Below, one piece after another: positions 8,246 to 18,607 of a DNA stretch of 64,000 nt. How positions within the stretch are numbered: position 1 is the first letter of the stretch; every line of letters begins with the position of its first letter. Source of the DNA: Bdellovibrionales bacterium (lineage in GTDB: Bacteria; Bdellovibrionota; Bdellovibrionia; Bdellovibrionales; UBA1609); contig CBDHDF010000010.1 of the NCBI GenBank assembly GCA_965261545.1, forward strand, positions 576,001 to 640,000, in the 5' to 3' direction. The notes beneath the pieces are model-generated. The model was not told the DNA's origin, made no database searches, and saw nothing but the letters and a program-made list of their open reading frames with translations. The position numbers and the translations under genes were made by a program.

Positions 8246-9664
8246 ATGAAGAGTATATACATTATAATTATGAAGAATAAGCTCTTTAAGCCTAAAAAGT
8301 TCTTACAAGCCTTGGCTTGGACCTTTGTTCTCGTGATTCTTGTTGGGGGACATGTATTGAGGCAATTCCAAGCGGATCAACCTGATCTTGCTTTTAGAGC
8401 CATAGAGTTGAGTTCCATTCGTATTTCCCAAAAGAAGTTGAAAAAGGAAAAAGATATAAGGATGATCGACCCAGCCATGTCGCAAATGTGGGGTCTTCAA
8501 TCCGTTCAAACTCAGGAGGCATGGAAAAAACTCAATGCCCTGGGAAGTCGCCATATTAAGGTCGCCATTATTGATACAGGCATTGATAGAAGCCACCCGG
8601 ATCTGGAAGGCAATCTTTGGGTCAACCCAGGAGAAGTGGGTTATGATGAGTATGGAAGGAATAAAAGAAACAATGATCGGGATGACGATAATAATGGCTG
8701 TATTGATGATGTTCACGGATGTAACTTTATTAAAATGACGGGGGATATTACAGACAATCACGGACATGGGACCCATGTGGCAGGCATCATTGGAGCTATT
8801 CGAAACAACGGTATTGGAATTAGTGGCGTTTCTCCCAAAGTCAGCCTCATGGTTCTTAAATATTACGACCCTAAAACCACGGGCTTTGATAATCTTAGCA
8901 ACACTGTGAAGGCCATTTACTATGCGATTCGCCAAGGTGCTCATATTATCAATTATTCGGGGGGAGGAATTTCTCCTAGCTACCATGAGAAAAAGGCCAT
9001 AGAGCTTGCTCGCAAAAAGGGAGTTCTCTTTATCACGGCCGCAGGAAATGAAAAATCCAACCTTGATGCCAAATCTAAAAGCTATTATCCTGCCGATTAT
9101 TCATTGAGTAATATTGTTTCTGTCACAGCTTTTGACAAGGCTCAGAGGATTCTTCCCACCAGTAACTATGGGGCTATTTCGGTGGATATTGCCGCCCCTG
9201 GGAATAACATTTTTTCAACTCTTCCCGGTGGGAAGTATGGACATATGACAGGAACTTCCCAGGCCACAGCTTTTGTCACAGGTGTGGCAGCTCTTATCAT
9301 GTCACAATATCGAGACTTTGAAGCTTCTAAGGTGATTAAACATCTCACTCTTACAGGGGATTTGGAGCCCAATTTGATAGGCAAAACTATTTACCGCCGA
9401 AGACTTAACACATATCGTGCCCTTGCTATGCTTGACCAAGGGGTGAGTGTGACAGGTATTGTGGCAACCAATACCTCCAATATGGGAGCTTTTGATTCAT
9501 CATTTACAGGGAAAAAGGCGAAGGGCTGGGGGGGAAATAATTCCTTAGGCAGTTTGTCTTCGTCTTCTGGGAATTCTTCCATATCCTCCTTTGGTAAGAG
9601 CCTTTACAAAATGATCGTGAAAGATAGCCAGATGAAAAAGTCGAAACTCATGAAAAATAGGTAG
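8246..9664 (+). CDS. Subtilisin-like S8 serine protease
   Basis: Triad motifs IIDTG, HGHGTHVAG and GTSQAT; AAGNE oxyanion motif; N-terminal TM/signal. Confidence 0.93.
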   Translation: MKSIYIIIMKNKLFKPKKFLQALAWTFVLVILVGGHVLRQFQADQPDLAFRAIELSSIRISQKKLKKEKDIRMIDPAMSQMWGLQSVQTQEAWKKLNALGSRHIKVAIIDTGIDRSHPDLEGNLWVNPGEVGYDEYGRNKRNNDRDDDNNGCIDDVHGCNFIKMTGDITDNHGHGTHVAGIIGAIRNNGIGISGVSPKVSLMVLKYYDPKTTGFDNLSNTVKAIYYAIRQGAHIINYSGGGISPSYHEKKAIELARKKGVLFITAAGNEKSNLDAKSKSYYPADYSLSNIVSVTAFDKAQRILPTSNYGAISVDIAAPGNNIFSTLPGGKYGHMTGTSQATAFVTGVAALIMSQYRDFEASKVIKHLTLTGDLEPNLIGKTIYRRRLNTYRALAMLDQGVSVTGIVATNTSNMGAFDSSFTGKKAKGWGGNNSLGSLSSSSGNSSISSFGKSLYKMIVKDSQMKKSKLMKNR

Positions 9665-9795
9665 GGTCTATATGTCTGCTGCGGCCCTATTAGGTCGTGG
9701 TTGGAGTATTAGTGATGGTGGACTCGATGAAAGTGTCGATGATGGTGGTTAAAGTCAATGAGACAGCCGTTTCCTTGAGCCACGCTGGACTATAG

Positions 9796-10176
9796 CTATA
9801 GTAGGGAGGAGTTTTTATCTTCTGTTTCTAAACCAAGTTGGTTCCATAAAACCATTCCCCCTTGCATGTTAAATACATTTTTAAAGCCCTCTTCTAGGGC
9901 AAAGGCGGTGGCTCTTGCGGAGCGGCCCCCTGAACGACACACAAAGACAATGGTTTTGTCCTTGGGAAGCTCATGGGTTCTCTCGGGAAGGGTTTCCACT
10001 GTGAGAAGCTGAGCCCCTGGAATATGTCCCAATTCTCCCTTAAATTCATCGAGGCGACGGACATCAATAATGCGTATAGAGTTTTTCTTTTGAAGAACAC
10101 TATGAGGGTGAACATCCATGACTTGTTGCAAGGATGCGTTAGGCTCTGCATGACTAAAATTCACAAAGAATTCCAT
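9796..10176 (-). CDS. Rhodanese-like domain protein
   Basis: IIDVR, GHIPGA, CRSGGRS, NMQGGMVLW. Confidence 0.92.
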   Translation of the reverse strand: MEFFVNFSHAEPNASLQQVMDVHPHSVLQKKNSIRIIDVRRLDEFKGELGHIPGAQLLTVETLPERTHELPKDKTIVFVCRSGGRSARATAFALEEGFKNVFNMQGGMVLWNQLGLETEDKNSSLL

Positions 10177-10269
10177 ATTTCATAAAGTCCTTTGACATAG
10201 GTTTGAAATTGGTCTTGAAATAGGATTCTTATGTTTCTACTTTAGGTGCTCAAAGTCAAGGGTCTAGGA

Positions 10270-11076
10270 ATGATAAAATCAAATGCAGGGTGGCGAAAAA
10301 AGCTCTATGTCATTATTTTTGAAGCGGACACATATGGTGGAAAATTTTTTGATGTGGGCTTGTTGTGGGCCATACTTTTGAGTGTTTTTTGTATTGTTTT
10401 AGAGTCTGATGCTGAAATAAGGCGAGATTACGGAGTTTTTCTTCGCTATGTGGAGTGGAGTTTTACTATTATTTTTACCATTGAGTATGTCGTGCGCATT
10501 GTGTGTTCTAAAAATCCTTTCACCTATATAAAAAGTTTTTTTGGTATCGTTGATCTTATTTCGATTGTTCCAGCTTATTTGAGTTTGTTGATTCCTGGCG
10601 CTCAATTTTTATTAGTGACTCGCACCATTCGCTTGTTGAGGGTCTTTAGGGTTCTTAAGCTGGCGAGATATTTACAAGAGTCTCGTGTTCTTCTCCAAGC
10701 CCTTGGGGCGAGTCGTTATAAGGTGACGGTTTTCTTAGGGGTTGTTTTGACTGTGATCTTAATACTCGGAACTATTATGCATTTAGTGGAGGCAGGCAAC
10801 CCGGGGTTTTCAACGATTTTTCATGGTATGTATTGGTCCATTGTCACAATGACGACGGTGGGTTATGGCGATGTTGTTCCTCTCACTGGAGTAGGTAAGC
10901 TCCTCGCCTCCATCATTATGGTTATGGGCTATGGTATCATAGCCGTTCCAACAGGTATTATCAGTGTGGAAATCAACCAAGCTATGCGTCAACCCATGAT
11001 TAAATGTAATATCTGTGGAACAGGGAAAGCTCATCAACAGGCCAAGTTCTGCCATGAGTGTGGAGAGCTTTTTTAA
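10270..11076 (+). CDS. Ion transporter / voltage-gated K+ channel
   Basis: S4 RLLRVFRVLKLAR; selectivity filter TMTTVGYGD; C-terminal Cys zinc ribbon. Confidence 0.92.
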   Translation: MIKSNAGWRKKLYVIIFEADTYGGKFFDVGLLWAILLSVFCIVLESDAEIRRDYGVFLRYVEWSFTIIFTIEYVVRIVCSKNPFTYIKSFFGIVDLISIVPAYLSLLIPGAQFLLVTRTIRLLRVFRVLKLARYLQESRVLLQALGASRYKVTVFLGVVLTVILILGTIMHLVEAGNPGFSTIFHGMYWSIVTMTTVGYGDVVPLTGVGKLLASIIMVMGYGIIAVPTGIISVEINQAMRQPMIKCNICGTGKAHQQAKFCHECGELF

Positions 11077-11181
11077 TTTTAAGGAGTGGGGCATATTGAG
11101 GCATTGGGAGACTCAACACTATGTGTCAGAAAACAAAAAATGGGCCTTTCTGGACAGGAACTACTTAAGCAAGGGGCGCCC

Positions 11182-11604
11182 TTAAGAGGGTGGGGTGTGT
11201 GAAGAGTGCTTTTTAAGAATTTCGTTGAGGAGTCCATTGATAAAGCCAGGGGAATCCTTCGAGCCATATTTTTTGGCCAATTCCACGGCTTCGTTGATGG
11301 CCACTTTGGCTGGCACTTCATGGGAGTACTCTGTGATTTCAAAGCAGGCGAGGCGTAAAATACTTAAGTCCACAAGAGTCATGCGGTTGAGGTTCCATTG
11401 GGGGCTGACAGCTTGAATTCTCTCGTCAATGATGCTTTGCGCTTCCAACAAGTGAGTTCCCATACTGTGAGCGTACTTTTGAGCCTGCGGTGGTATCTTG
11501 GAAGTTGTATTAAGAAGCTGTAAGCTCTGCTTTATATCCAAGTCTCCATGGTATTCTCTTTGAAATAAAATTTTTAGCATGGCTTCGCGAGCGAGTCGTC
11601 TCAT
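11182..11604 (-). CDS. nusB: Transcription antitermination factor NusB
   Basis: RRLARE, D.SILRLA, VAINEAVELAKKYG, FINGLL. Confidence 0.95.
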   Translation of the reverse strand: MRRLAREAMLKILFQREYHGDLDIKQSLQLLNTTSKIPPQAQKYAHSMGTHLLEAQSIIDERIQAVSPQWNLNRMTLVDLSILRLACFEITEYSHEVPAKVAINEAVELAKKYGSKDSPGFINGLLNEILKKHSSHTPPS

Positions 11605-11686
11605 GACCTCTCCTTAAGAGGGTAGTTGCGATAGGTCAAGTTGTAATGCAGAATGGGGAAGTAATGAAAAGGAAAATAAAAACACC

Positions 11687-12784
11687 ATGAAAGTATCTTC
11701 TGAGATTGAAGACCTTATTCCCTATATACCCGGAAAGCCTATTTCTGAGACCCAAAGGGAATATGGGCTGGAGAGTGTTTTGAAGCTAGCTAGTAATGAA
11801 GCTCCCTATGGCCCAAGTCCAAAAGTGGTGGAGGTCATCATCTCCTCTCTCCACCACTTAAATCGTTATCCTGATGCTGGAGCCTATGAAATGGGGGAAT
11901 TCTTTGCCAATCACTATGATGTGTCAAAAGACAGTCTGGTCTTTGGCAATGGCTCCAATGAGTTGATAGATCTTTTGATCCGGGTTTTTTGTGAACCAGG
12001 TCAGTTTATACTGACATCGGAGTCTGCCTTTATTGCCTATAAAATTTGCGCCCAAGCTGCAAGGGTAAGGGTCTTGGAAACCCCCATGGTTAATATGGGC
12101 TTTGACCTGTCAGCCATGAAAGAAAAGGTGGAACAATACCCTGTGAGAATTGTTTTTATAGCGAATCCCAATAATCCCACGGGCACCTACCTCAATAAAA
12201 TGGAACTGTCAGGTTTTCTAAATTTTATGGACGACTATCCCGAAACTCTTGTTGTTCTGGATGAAGCTTACACTGAGTTTGTTCGAGCGGAGGATTATCC
12301 TTGTAGTTTGGAGCTATTTCGTCAACATTCCAATGTCGTTGTGCTTCGCACCTTGAGTAAGGTTTATGGCTTAGCGGGTCTTCGACTGGGGTTTCTTGTG
12401 GGGGACTCAGTCATCGCTAACTACCTTCATCGTGTGAGAAATCCATTTAATGTCAACTACTTGGCTCAGGTTGCCGGAAGAGCAGCTATTTCAGATAGGG
12501 ATTATGTGAACCAACTTTGCCAGATGCTTTGGAAGGAGCTTGATGGCTTTTATAAAAAATTTGAACAAATAGGCATCAAATACTTTAAGTCGCAGGGAAA
12601 TTTTGTTCTTATAGATTTGGAGCGTGAGGCGAGCCCCATTTATAAAGCTCTTCTTCAGAGGGGAGTGATCACTCGCCCTGTAAAGGGCTATGGACTCAAG
12701 AATCACTTGAGACTCACCGTGGGACTTCCCAGGGAAAATAAGGTCGCCATGGAGCATCTTGCTGATATTTGGAGAGGTTTGTGA
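11687..12784 (+). CDS. hisC: Histidinol-phosphate aminotransferase
   Basis: KLASNE, GNGSNELI, NPNNPTG, DEAY, RTLSKVYGLAGLRLG. Confidence 0.93.
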   Translation: MKVSSEIEDLIPYIPGKPISETQREYGLESVLKLASNEAPYGPSPKVVEVIISSLHHLNRYPDAGAYEMGEFFANHYDVSKDSLVFGNGSNELIDLLIRVFCEPGQFILTSESAFIAYKICAQAARVRVLETPMVNMGFDLSAMKEKVEQYPVRIVFIANPNNPTGTYLNKMELSGFLNFMDDYPETLVVLDEAYTEFVRAEDYPCSLELFRQHSNVVVLRTLSKVYGLAGLRLGFLVGDSVIANYLHRVRNPFNVNYLAQVAGRAAISDRDYVNQLCQMLWKELDGFYKKFEQIGIKYFKSQGNFVLIDLEREASPIYKALLQRGVITRPVKGYGLKNHLRLTVGLPRENKVAMEHLADIWRGL

Positions 12785-12867
12785 TGGGCCAGAATCACAA
12801 TAATCACGACCCCCATAAAGGGCATTGTGGTTACGATGGTCATAGTCATCACGGTCGTCATGAATAG
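12784..12867 (+). CDS. Candidate His-rich 27-aa small ORF
   Basis: MGQNHNNHDPHKGHCGYDGHSHHGRHE*; the ATG overlaps the hisC stop (TGATG) and the TAG ends 1 nt before the cmk ATG. Confidence 0.45.
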   Translation: MGQNHNNHDPHKGHCGYDGHSHHGRHE

Positions 12868-12868
12868 G

Positions 12869-13564
12869 ATGATGAGAGTTATCACCATTGATGGGCCAGC
12901 GGCTTCGGGAAAATCTTCTGTCAGCCGTGGAGTGGCTGAGAAGTTGGGGTGGCTCTGGTTGTCCACGGGGGCTTTTTACAGAGGTTTGGCTTTTGTTGCC
13001 CAGCAGAAGAGGGTGGATTTGGAGGCCGAGGAGGAGTTGGCGGCTCTGTGCAAGGACCCCTCCTGGGAGGTGAGTATGACTCCTGCCATCACCAAGGTTT
13101 TTTTGAATGGGGATGATGTGACAGATGGGATTTACACCGAGTCTATAGGGAGTGTTGCAAGCCAAATCAGTTTTTTTCCAAAAGTGAGAAAGAATTTACT
13201 TGTTGTGCAAAGGGCCTGCTCCCTTCAAGGTGTGGGGCTTATTGCCGAGGGAAGAGACTGTGGAACGGTGGTTTTTCCCCAGGCTTTCATTAAATTTTTC
13301 CTCACCGCAGAAAGTGGCCAAAGAGCCTTGAGAAGAACTATGGAGAAGCAAGGTAGGACTTCAGAAGATATTTCTACAACCCTTGAAGCGCAAAGAGAAA
13401 GGGATGCCAAGGACGCCCAGCGAGCTTGTGCTCCCATGAAAGTTGCTGCGGGAGCCCATGTGGTTTGCACAGATGATATGGGCCTTGATGAGGTCATCGA
13501 GTATGTTTACAGCCGCTGTGTGGAGTTTTTTTTCAATGCTGGAGAAAAAGTGAAGGATTCTTGA
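12869..13564 (+). CDS. cmk: Cytidylate kinase
   Basis: VITIDGPAASGKS, STGAFYR, AEGRDCGTVVFP; start placed at ATG 12869/12872. Confidence 0.95.
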   Translation: MMRVITIDGPAASGKSSVSRGVAEKLGWLWLSTGAFYRGLAFVAQQKRVDLEAEEELAALCKDPSWEVSMTPAITKVFLNGDDVTDGIYTESIGSVASQISFFPKVRKNLLVVQRACSLQGVGLIAEGRDCGTVVFPQAFIKFFLTAESGQRALRRTMEKQGRTSEDISTTLEAQRERDAKDAQRACAPMKVAAGAHVVCTDDMGLDEVIEYVYSRCVEFFFNAGEKVKDS

Positions 13565-13856
13565 TCTGTAAAGTGCGTAAAAGCATGTGAAAGTGATAAA
13601 AGTTACGTGAAGGAAAAGCACTTGAAAGTGCGTGAAAGCATTGTAGAGTAAATTTTTCTTTGACTTTCGCCATTTTACCTCTATAAAGAAAATCTTATAC
13701 CTCATAGATTGTAGGGGGCTCCGGTTATGGGTATCCCATGGATGGATTGTTAAGGATCCCATGGTCCCATGGATTATAATGGGTTATAAATTGTGTTATA
13801 AATCAATGAAGAGGGAAAGTCGTGGCGAGCTGCTATTTTCCAGGAGGAGGTTATGT

Positions 13857-15809
13857 TTGAAAGGTATGGAAAGTAAATCTACAAAGTCAAAGGCCCAGTT
13901 GGCCCAGGAACGAGTTCTCGCTGAGTTAGATGCTGCCGATGGGGAAGTTCCTCAAAATCCAGGTTATGAGTGGGAAGGCAATGGCGCATCAGATCACTCC
14001 TTTGCGGATCTATTTGAAATTTCCTTGGCAAAAGAAGGGGTGAGTGTTGGTGATGTTGTCAAGGGAGTGGTTACGGACGTCCATGATGATTTTGTTCTCG
14101 TGGATATTAATTACAAAAGTGAGGGTATGATTCCACGAAGTGAGTTTCGTACTTCTTCTCAGGAGATCTCTGTGAAAAAGGGTTCTGAGGTTGATGTTTA
14201 TATTGATCGTATCGAAAATGACAGTGGCATGGTGGTTTTATCCAAAGACAAAGCCGATATGCTTCGCGCTTGGAATGACATTGCCCAGGCGGCTGAAAAC
14301 GAGACAGTCATTGAGGGGACAATCATTGACAAGGTGAAGGGAGGACTTAGTGTTGATATTGGTGTGAAGGCATTTTTGCCAGGGAGTCAGGTCGACCTGC
14401 GCCCTGTTCGCAATATGGATACTTATATTGGTCAAACTTTTAAATTTAAGGTGATTAAATTTAACAAGCGCCGGGGCAATATTGTTCTTTCTCGACGAGT
14501 TCTCTTGGAAGAAGAGAGAGAGAGTTTGCGTTCACAGACCCTAGACTCCATTCAGGAGGGAGCTATTGTTAAGGGGATTGTTAAAAACATCACTGATTAT
14601 GGAGCCTTTGTGGATCTTGGTGGCATGGATGGGTTGCTGCATATCACAGATATGAGTTGGGGCCGTATCAAGCACCCTTCAGAAATTCTCAAGGTGGGCA
14701 ACGAAATCGATGTGAAGGTTCTCAAGTTGGATGACTCCAAGGAGCGTGTAAGCTTGGGAATCAAGCAGTTGCAAGAGGACCCTTGGTCCAATGTGGTGAG
14801 AGATTACCCTGTGGGTAGTAAATTGAAGGGCAAGGTGATCAGCCTCACCGACTATGGTGCCTTTGTGGAGATTGGAGAGGGCATTGAGGGCCTGGTACAT
14901 GTCAGTGAAATGAGCTGGACGAAGCGCATTAAGCATCCGTCTCAGGTGGTCGCTGTGGGTGGCGAAGTGGATATTATGGTTCTCGAAATTCGATCGGACA
15001 ATCGCCATATCATACTTGGAATGAAGCAAATGAAGCCCAACCCATGGCTTCAGGTCAAGGAGACCTATCCTGTGGGCACCATCATTGAGGGTGAAGTTAA
15101 ATCTCTTATCGAATTTGGTGTTTTTGTGGGTATTGAAGAAGGCATTGATGGGCTTGTGCATATTTCTGATTTTTCTTGGACCAAGCGTGTGAATCATCCC
15201 TCTGAAATTTTCAGCAAGGGCGAAAAAATACAGGCTGTGGTTCTTGATGTGGATGTGAGCCATGAGCGCATTAGCTTGGGTGTGAAACAATTACAGGAGG
15301 ATCCTTGGGCCAATATTGAAAACAAGTATGGCATTGGCACCCAACATGAGGTCAAGGTGGTCAAGACTGCGGACTTTGGTGTTTTTGTGGAGTTGGAGCC
15401 AGACCTTGAGGGTCTCATTCACATTAGTGAGCTTGCCACTCAGAGGGTTGAGAAACCCGAAGAGGTGGTCAAGGTAGATGATGTTATCAAGGCAGAGATC
15501 ATCACCATTGACAAGGATTCTCGAAGAATTGGTTTAAGTGCCAAACTAGTTGCTCTTCGCGATCAGCAAGTGGATGTGAAAGAACACGCTAAGAAAGTGA
15601 CAGCTACTTCACGGGCAAGCTTGGGCGATCTCTTTGGACAAACCCTTAAAAGTGCCAGTCAAGAAAGCTCCAGTACCGGTGGCACCAACCAAGAGAGTGT
15701 TACGGCCAGAGTTAGTGAGGAGAGTGCTACGGTCGGTGAAGCCAGCAAAGAGAGTGTTGCTCCAGGCCCTGCCGGTGAAGCCAGCGAAGAGAACTTCGAG
15801 AAAAATTAA
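13857..15809 (+). CDS. rpsA: 30S ribosomal protein S1
   Basis: Six S1 repeats; follows cmk; AGGAGGAGG at 13842-13850 favours TTG 13857 (or ATG 13866) as start. Confidence 0.96.
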   Translation: MKGMESKSTKSKAQLAQERVLAELDAADGEVPQNPGYEWEGNGASDHSFADLFEISLAKEGVSVGDVVKGVVTDVHDDFVLVDINYKSEGMIPRSEFRTSSQEISVKKGSEVDVYIDRIENDSGMVVLSKDKADMLRAWNDIAQAAENETVIEGTIIDKVKGGLSVDIGVKAFLPGSQVDLRPVRNMDTYIGQTFKFKVIKFNKRRGNIVLSRRVLLEEERESLRSQTLDSIQEGAIVKGIVKNITDYGAFVDLGGMDGLLHITDMSWGRIKHPSEILKVGNEIDVKVLKLDDSKERVSLGIKQLQEDPWSNVVRDYPVGSKLKGKVISLTDYGAFVEIGEGIEGLVHVSEMSWTKRIKHPSQVVAVGGEVDIMVLEIRSDNRHIILGMKQMKPNPWLQVKETYPVGTIIEGEVKSLIEFGVFVGIEEGIDGLVHISDFSWTKRVNHPSEIFSKGEKIQAVVLDVDVSHERISLGVKQLQEDPWANIENKYGIGTQHEVKVVKTADFGVFVELEPDLEGLIHISELATQRVEKPEEVVKVDDVIKAEIITIDKDSRRIGLSAKLVALRDQQVDVKEHAKKVTATSRASLGDLFGQTLKSASQESSSTGGTNQESVTARVSEESATVGEASKESVAPGPAGEASEENFEKN

Positions 15810-15820
15810 GGGAAAAAATC

Positions 15821-16756
15821 ATGATAAAGCACTTTACTGCCAACTTTGTCCATTTCTGTTTAACTATTTTTATTGTGATCTTTTTGGTAGCTCTAGGTTC
15901 TTTGATGTCGAGATTTTCCATTGATATGAAGATGCCTGTGCGAGAACCCTCCATTCTTAAGTTGAACTTAGAGGGTGTGATTATCGATGGTAAGGATTTT
16001 TTAAAGGAGTTGAAAGCATACCGAGAGGATAAGAATATTAAGGGCATTCTCATCCATGTGGATTCCCCAGGTGGTGTGGTGGGCCCTAGTCAAGAAATCT
16101 ATTCGGAGTTATTAAAGGTTCGCAATGAGCTACAAAAGCCTGTGGTTGTTTCCAGTGGGGCTGTGGTTGCCAGTGGAGCTTATTATGTGGCTCTAGCGGC
16201 TGACCAGATTGTCACAAATCCTGGCACTCTTATGGGATCCATTGGTGTCATTATGGAGTTTGCCAACCTCAAGGGACTGTATGATTGGGCCAAAATTCAG
16301 CGCTACACCATTAAAACGGGGGCTTTAAAAGATGCAGGAGCTGATTACAAGGAAATGACTTCTATAGAAAAAGAATACTTTCAGTCTGTGTTGAATCGAG
16401 TGCAAGTTCAATTTGAGTCAGCGGTGGAAGCGAACCGCAGCTTGGATAAATATGTCATTGATAAATATGCTGATGGTCGCGTTTTTACGGGAGAGACGGC
16501 GGTAAAGATAGGTTTTGCCGACCAGTTGGGAACTCAGTCAGATGCTCTTAGCATTGTTGGAGAGCTATCCGGGCTGGGAGATAGCCCCCCTGTTTTTACT
16601 CCTACCAAACTTTCAAAACATAGGTTTAATTTCCTGAATTTACTGCTAGATCAATGGACTTTTCGTTCCCCAGAATTGAAAGAGTTGAAGCACCCATTCA
16701 ATATGCTTAGGCTCTTAGGCAAGCCCCTTTATATCATGCCTGGAACTTTAGAATGA
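15821..16756 (+). CDS. sppA: Signal peptide peptidase SppA (36K type)
   Basis: DSPGG, ASGAYYVA, GSIGVI, ADGRVFTG. Confidence 0.93.
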   Translation: MIKHFTANFVHFCLTIFIVIFLVALGSLMSRFSIDMKMPVREPSILKLNLEGVIIDGKDFLKELKAYREDKNIKGILIHVDSPGGVVGPSQEIYSELLKVRNELQKPVVVSSGAVVASGAYYVALAADQIVTNPGTLMGSIGVIMEFANLKGLYDWAKIQRYTIKTGALKDAGADYKEMTSIEKEYFQSVLNRVQVQFESAVEANRSLDKYVIDKYADGRVFTGETAVKIGFADQLGTQSDALSIVGELSGLGDSPPVFTPTKLSKHRFNFLNLLLDQWTFRSPELKELKHPFNMLRLLGKPLYIMPGTLE

Positions 16757-16787
16757 AGATTTTATTGATAGTGGTGTTTTCATTTTG

Positions 16788-17309
16788 ATGGATGAAAAGA
16801 AGATTTTATCCCATGATATCTGGCCTCAAGAGCGTGACCTTATGGTGCGTCCCGAGCGCTATAGATATGTGAGAAAACTTATTAAGCCTCAGGGGTGTGT
16901 TTTTTGTAAGGCGGCCTGTGAGCCACCCAGCTTCAAGACCCTTTGTGTCCACAAAACAGAGCATTCCATGTTGCTTATGAATAAGTTTCCCTACAATACA
17001 GGCCATGCCCTGGTGATTCCCATCAAGCACCATGGGGATATGGATCAGTTGAGTGATGAGGAGTTTTTGAGCCTCAGCGTTCTCCTTAAAAAGACCATGG
17101 AGGTGGCCAAAGATACCTATGAGTGTCAAGGACTGAATGTGGGAATGAACCTTGGTAAGGTGGCAGGAGCAGGAATTCCTGATCATATTCATTGGCATGT
17201 GATTCCACGGTGGCATGGAGACACAAATTTTTTTCCACTTGTGGCAGAAACTAAAGTGCTTTCAGAGAGTTTAGAGCAAAGCTATGAGCGATTTAAAAAG
17301 TCCTTCTAA
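16788..17309 (+). CDS. HIT family hydrolase
   Basis: CVFC, NKFPYNTGH, GAGIPDHIHWHVIPRW. Confidence 0.92.
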   Translation: MDEKKILSHDIWPQERDLMVRPERYRYVRKLIKPQGCVFCKAACEPPSFKTLCVHKTEHSMLLMNKFPYNTGHALVIPIKHHGDMDQLSDEEFLSLSVLLKKTMEVAKDTYECQGLNVGMNLGKVAGAGIPDHIHWHVIPRWHGDTNFFPLVAETKVLSESLEQSYERFKKSF

Positions 17310-17811
17310 AAATCCTAGCCCTCGCCGACTCTCTCGTCCATCAAGTTCCTCAGCGGATTCCTCAGAGTGGAATCGGGGTCCTTGGGGAGGGGCTCTGGGA
17401 GACTACGAATTTGATCATGTGGGAATCGCCGTGCCTTCTATTAAAGAAGGGGCTTTTTTTTACAATGCCTTGGGATACCAGTTGGGTGAGATTGAAGAAG
17501 TGCCCAGTGAATTTGTTCGTGTGGCGATGTTTGAATTGGCCAATAGCTCTCGCATTGAGCTTTTAGAACCCCTGGGAAATGAGGGCCCTGTGGCCAAATT
17601 TTTATCCAAGAGGGGACCGGGGGTTCACCACATTTGTCTCAGGGTGCACAAGATTGAGAATGTGGTGGATCGTCTCAAAGAGGCGGGTGTTCATTTGATC
17701 AATGAAAGACCTCGTTTGGGAGCCGGGGGTTGTCGGGTTGTCTTTGTGCATCCATCTTCTCACAATAAAATTTTGTTGGAGTTATCTGAGAAGGCGGGGG
17801 AGAACCTGTGA
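17284..17811 (+). CDS. mce: Methylmalonyl-CoA epimerase (VOC family)
   Basis: DHVGIAV, IELLEP, GPGVHHICL, FVHP, LLELSE. Confidence 0.85.
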   Translation: MSDLKSPSKNPSPRRLSRPSSSSADSSEWNRGPWGGALGDYEFDHVGIAVPSIKEGAFFYNALGYQLGEIEEVPSEFVRVAMFELANSSRIELLEPLGNEGPVAKFLSKRGPGVHHICLRVHKIENVVDRLKEAGVHLINERPRLGAGGCRVVFVHPSSHNKILLELSEKAGENL

Positions 17812-18554
17812 ATCAACACCAATTTCAGGCAGTGGTTCCCCTCACTCCTATGGTGAAAAAGCTTATCATACTCAACACGGGTCTTTGGATTTTCTTAGTT
17901 CTTATTGTTCAGCAGTTCTTTATGAGTCAAGACTACATCTTTTTTGGTCTGGGTTTGTTGCCCATGAGACTGATCGAAAACTTTTGGTTATGGCAGCCTT
18001 TCACCTATATGTTTATCCATTCTCACAATGTCTTTCATGTGTTGTTTAATATGATTCTCCTATGGTGGCTGGGTTCGGAATTGGAGCAGCTTTGGGGACG
18101 AAGATTTTTTCTTCTCTACTACATGGTTTGTGGCGTGGGGGCTGCTTTGATTTACCTGTTTGGAGTGTTTTTATATTATGGCATGACGGGCCACAGTGGC
18201 CCATTACAGAGCCCTGTGGTGGGAGCCTCGGGGGCCGTCTTTGGCCTTTTGTTAGCCTATGGGATTCTCTTTTCTGAGAGAACGATCTATTTGTTCTTTA
18301 TATTTGCCATGAAGGTGAAGTATTTTGTAATGCTTCTAGGGTTTATTGAGGTTGTCACCCTCTTAAGTTCGGGCTTTAATAATGATGTGGCAAATTTAGC
18401 TCACCTTGGAGGACTTATAGCGGGCTTTATCTTTTTGAGCACATGGACCTATCTTAAGAAAAAGAAGGATCGGAGACAGACAAAGAGGCGTGGACGACGG
18501 CTCAAGTTGGTGATAAACAACAAAGAAGAAGGTTCCCCTAGATATTGGCATTAG
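17808..18554 (+). CDS. Rhomboid intramembrane serine protease
   Basis: WQPFTYMFIH, HVLFNM, GASG, AHLGG. Confidence 0.93.
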   Translation: MNQHQFQAVVPLTPMVKKLIILNTGLWIFLVLIVQQFFMSQDYIFFGLGLLPMRLIENFWLWQPFTYMFIHSHNVFHVLFNMILLWWLGSELEQLWGRRFFLLYYMVCGVGAALIYLFGVFLYYGMTGHSGPLQSPVVGASGAVFGLLLAYGILFSERTIYLFFIFAMKVKYFVMLLGFIEVVTLLSSGFNNDVANLAHLGGLIAGFIFLSTWTYLKKKKDRRQTKRRGRRLKLVINNKEEGSPRYWH

Positions 18555-18607
18555 TTTAGTTAACATTAATCTAAGTGCGCCACGAGGCGCAAATACGAGG
18601 TGAAAAA

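Noticed and set aside
8303..15290. Long antisense ORFs (8303-8986, 12491-13165, 14679-15290)
   Set aside because: Shadows of well-supported genes on the opposite strand, with no recognisable motifs.
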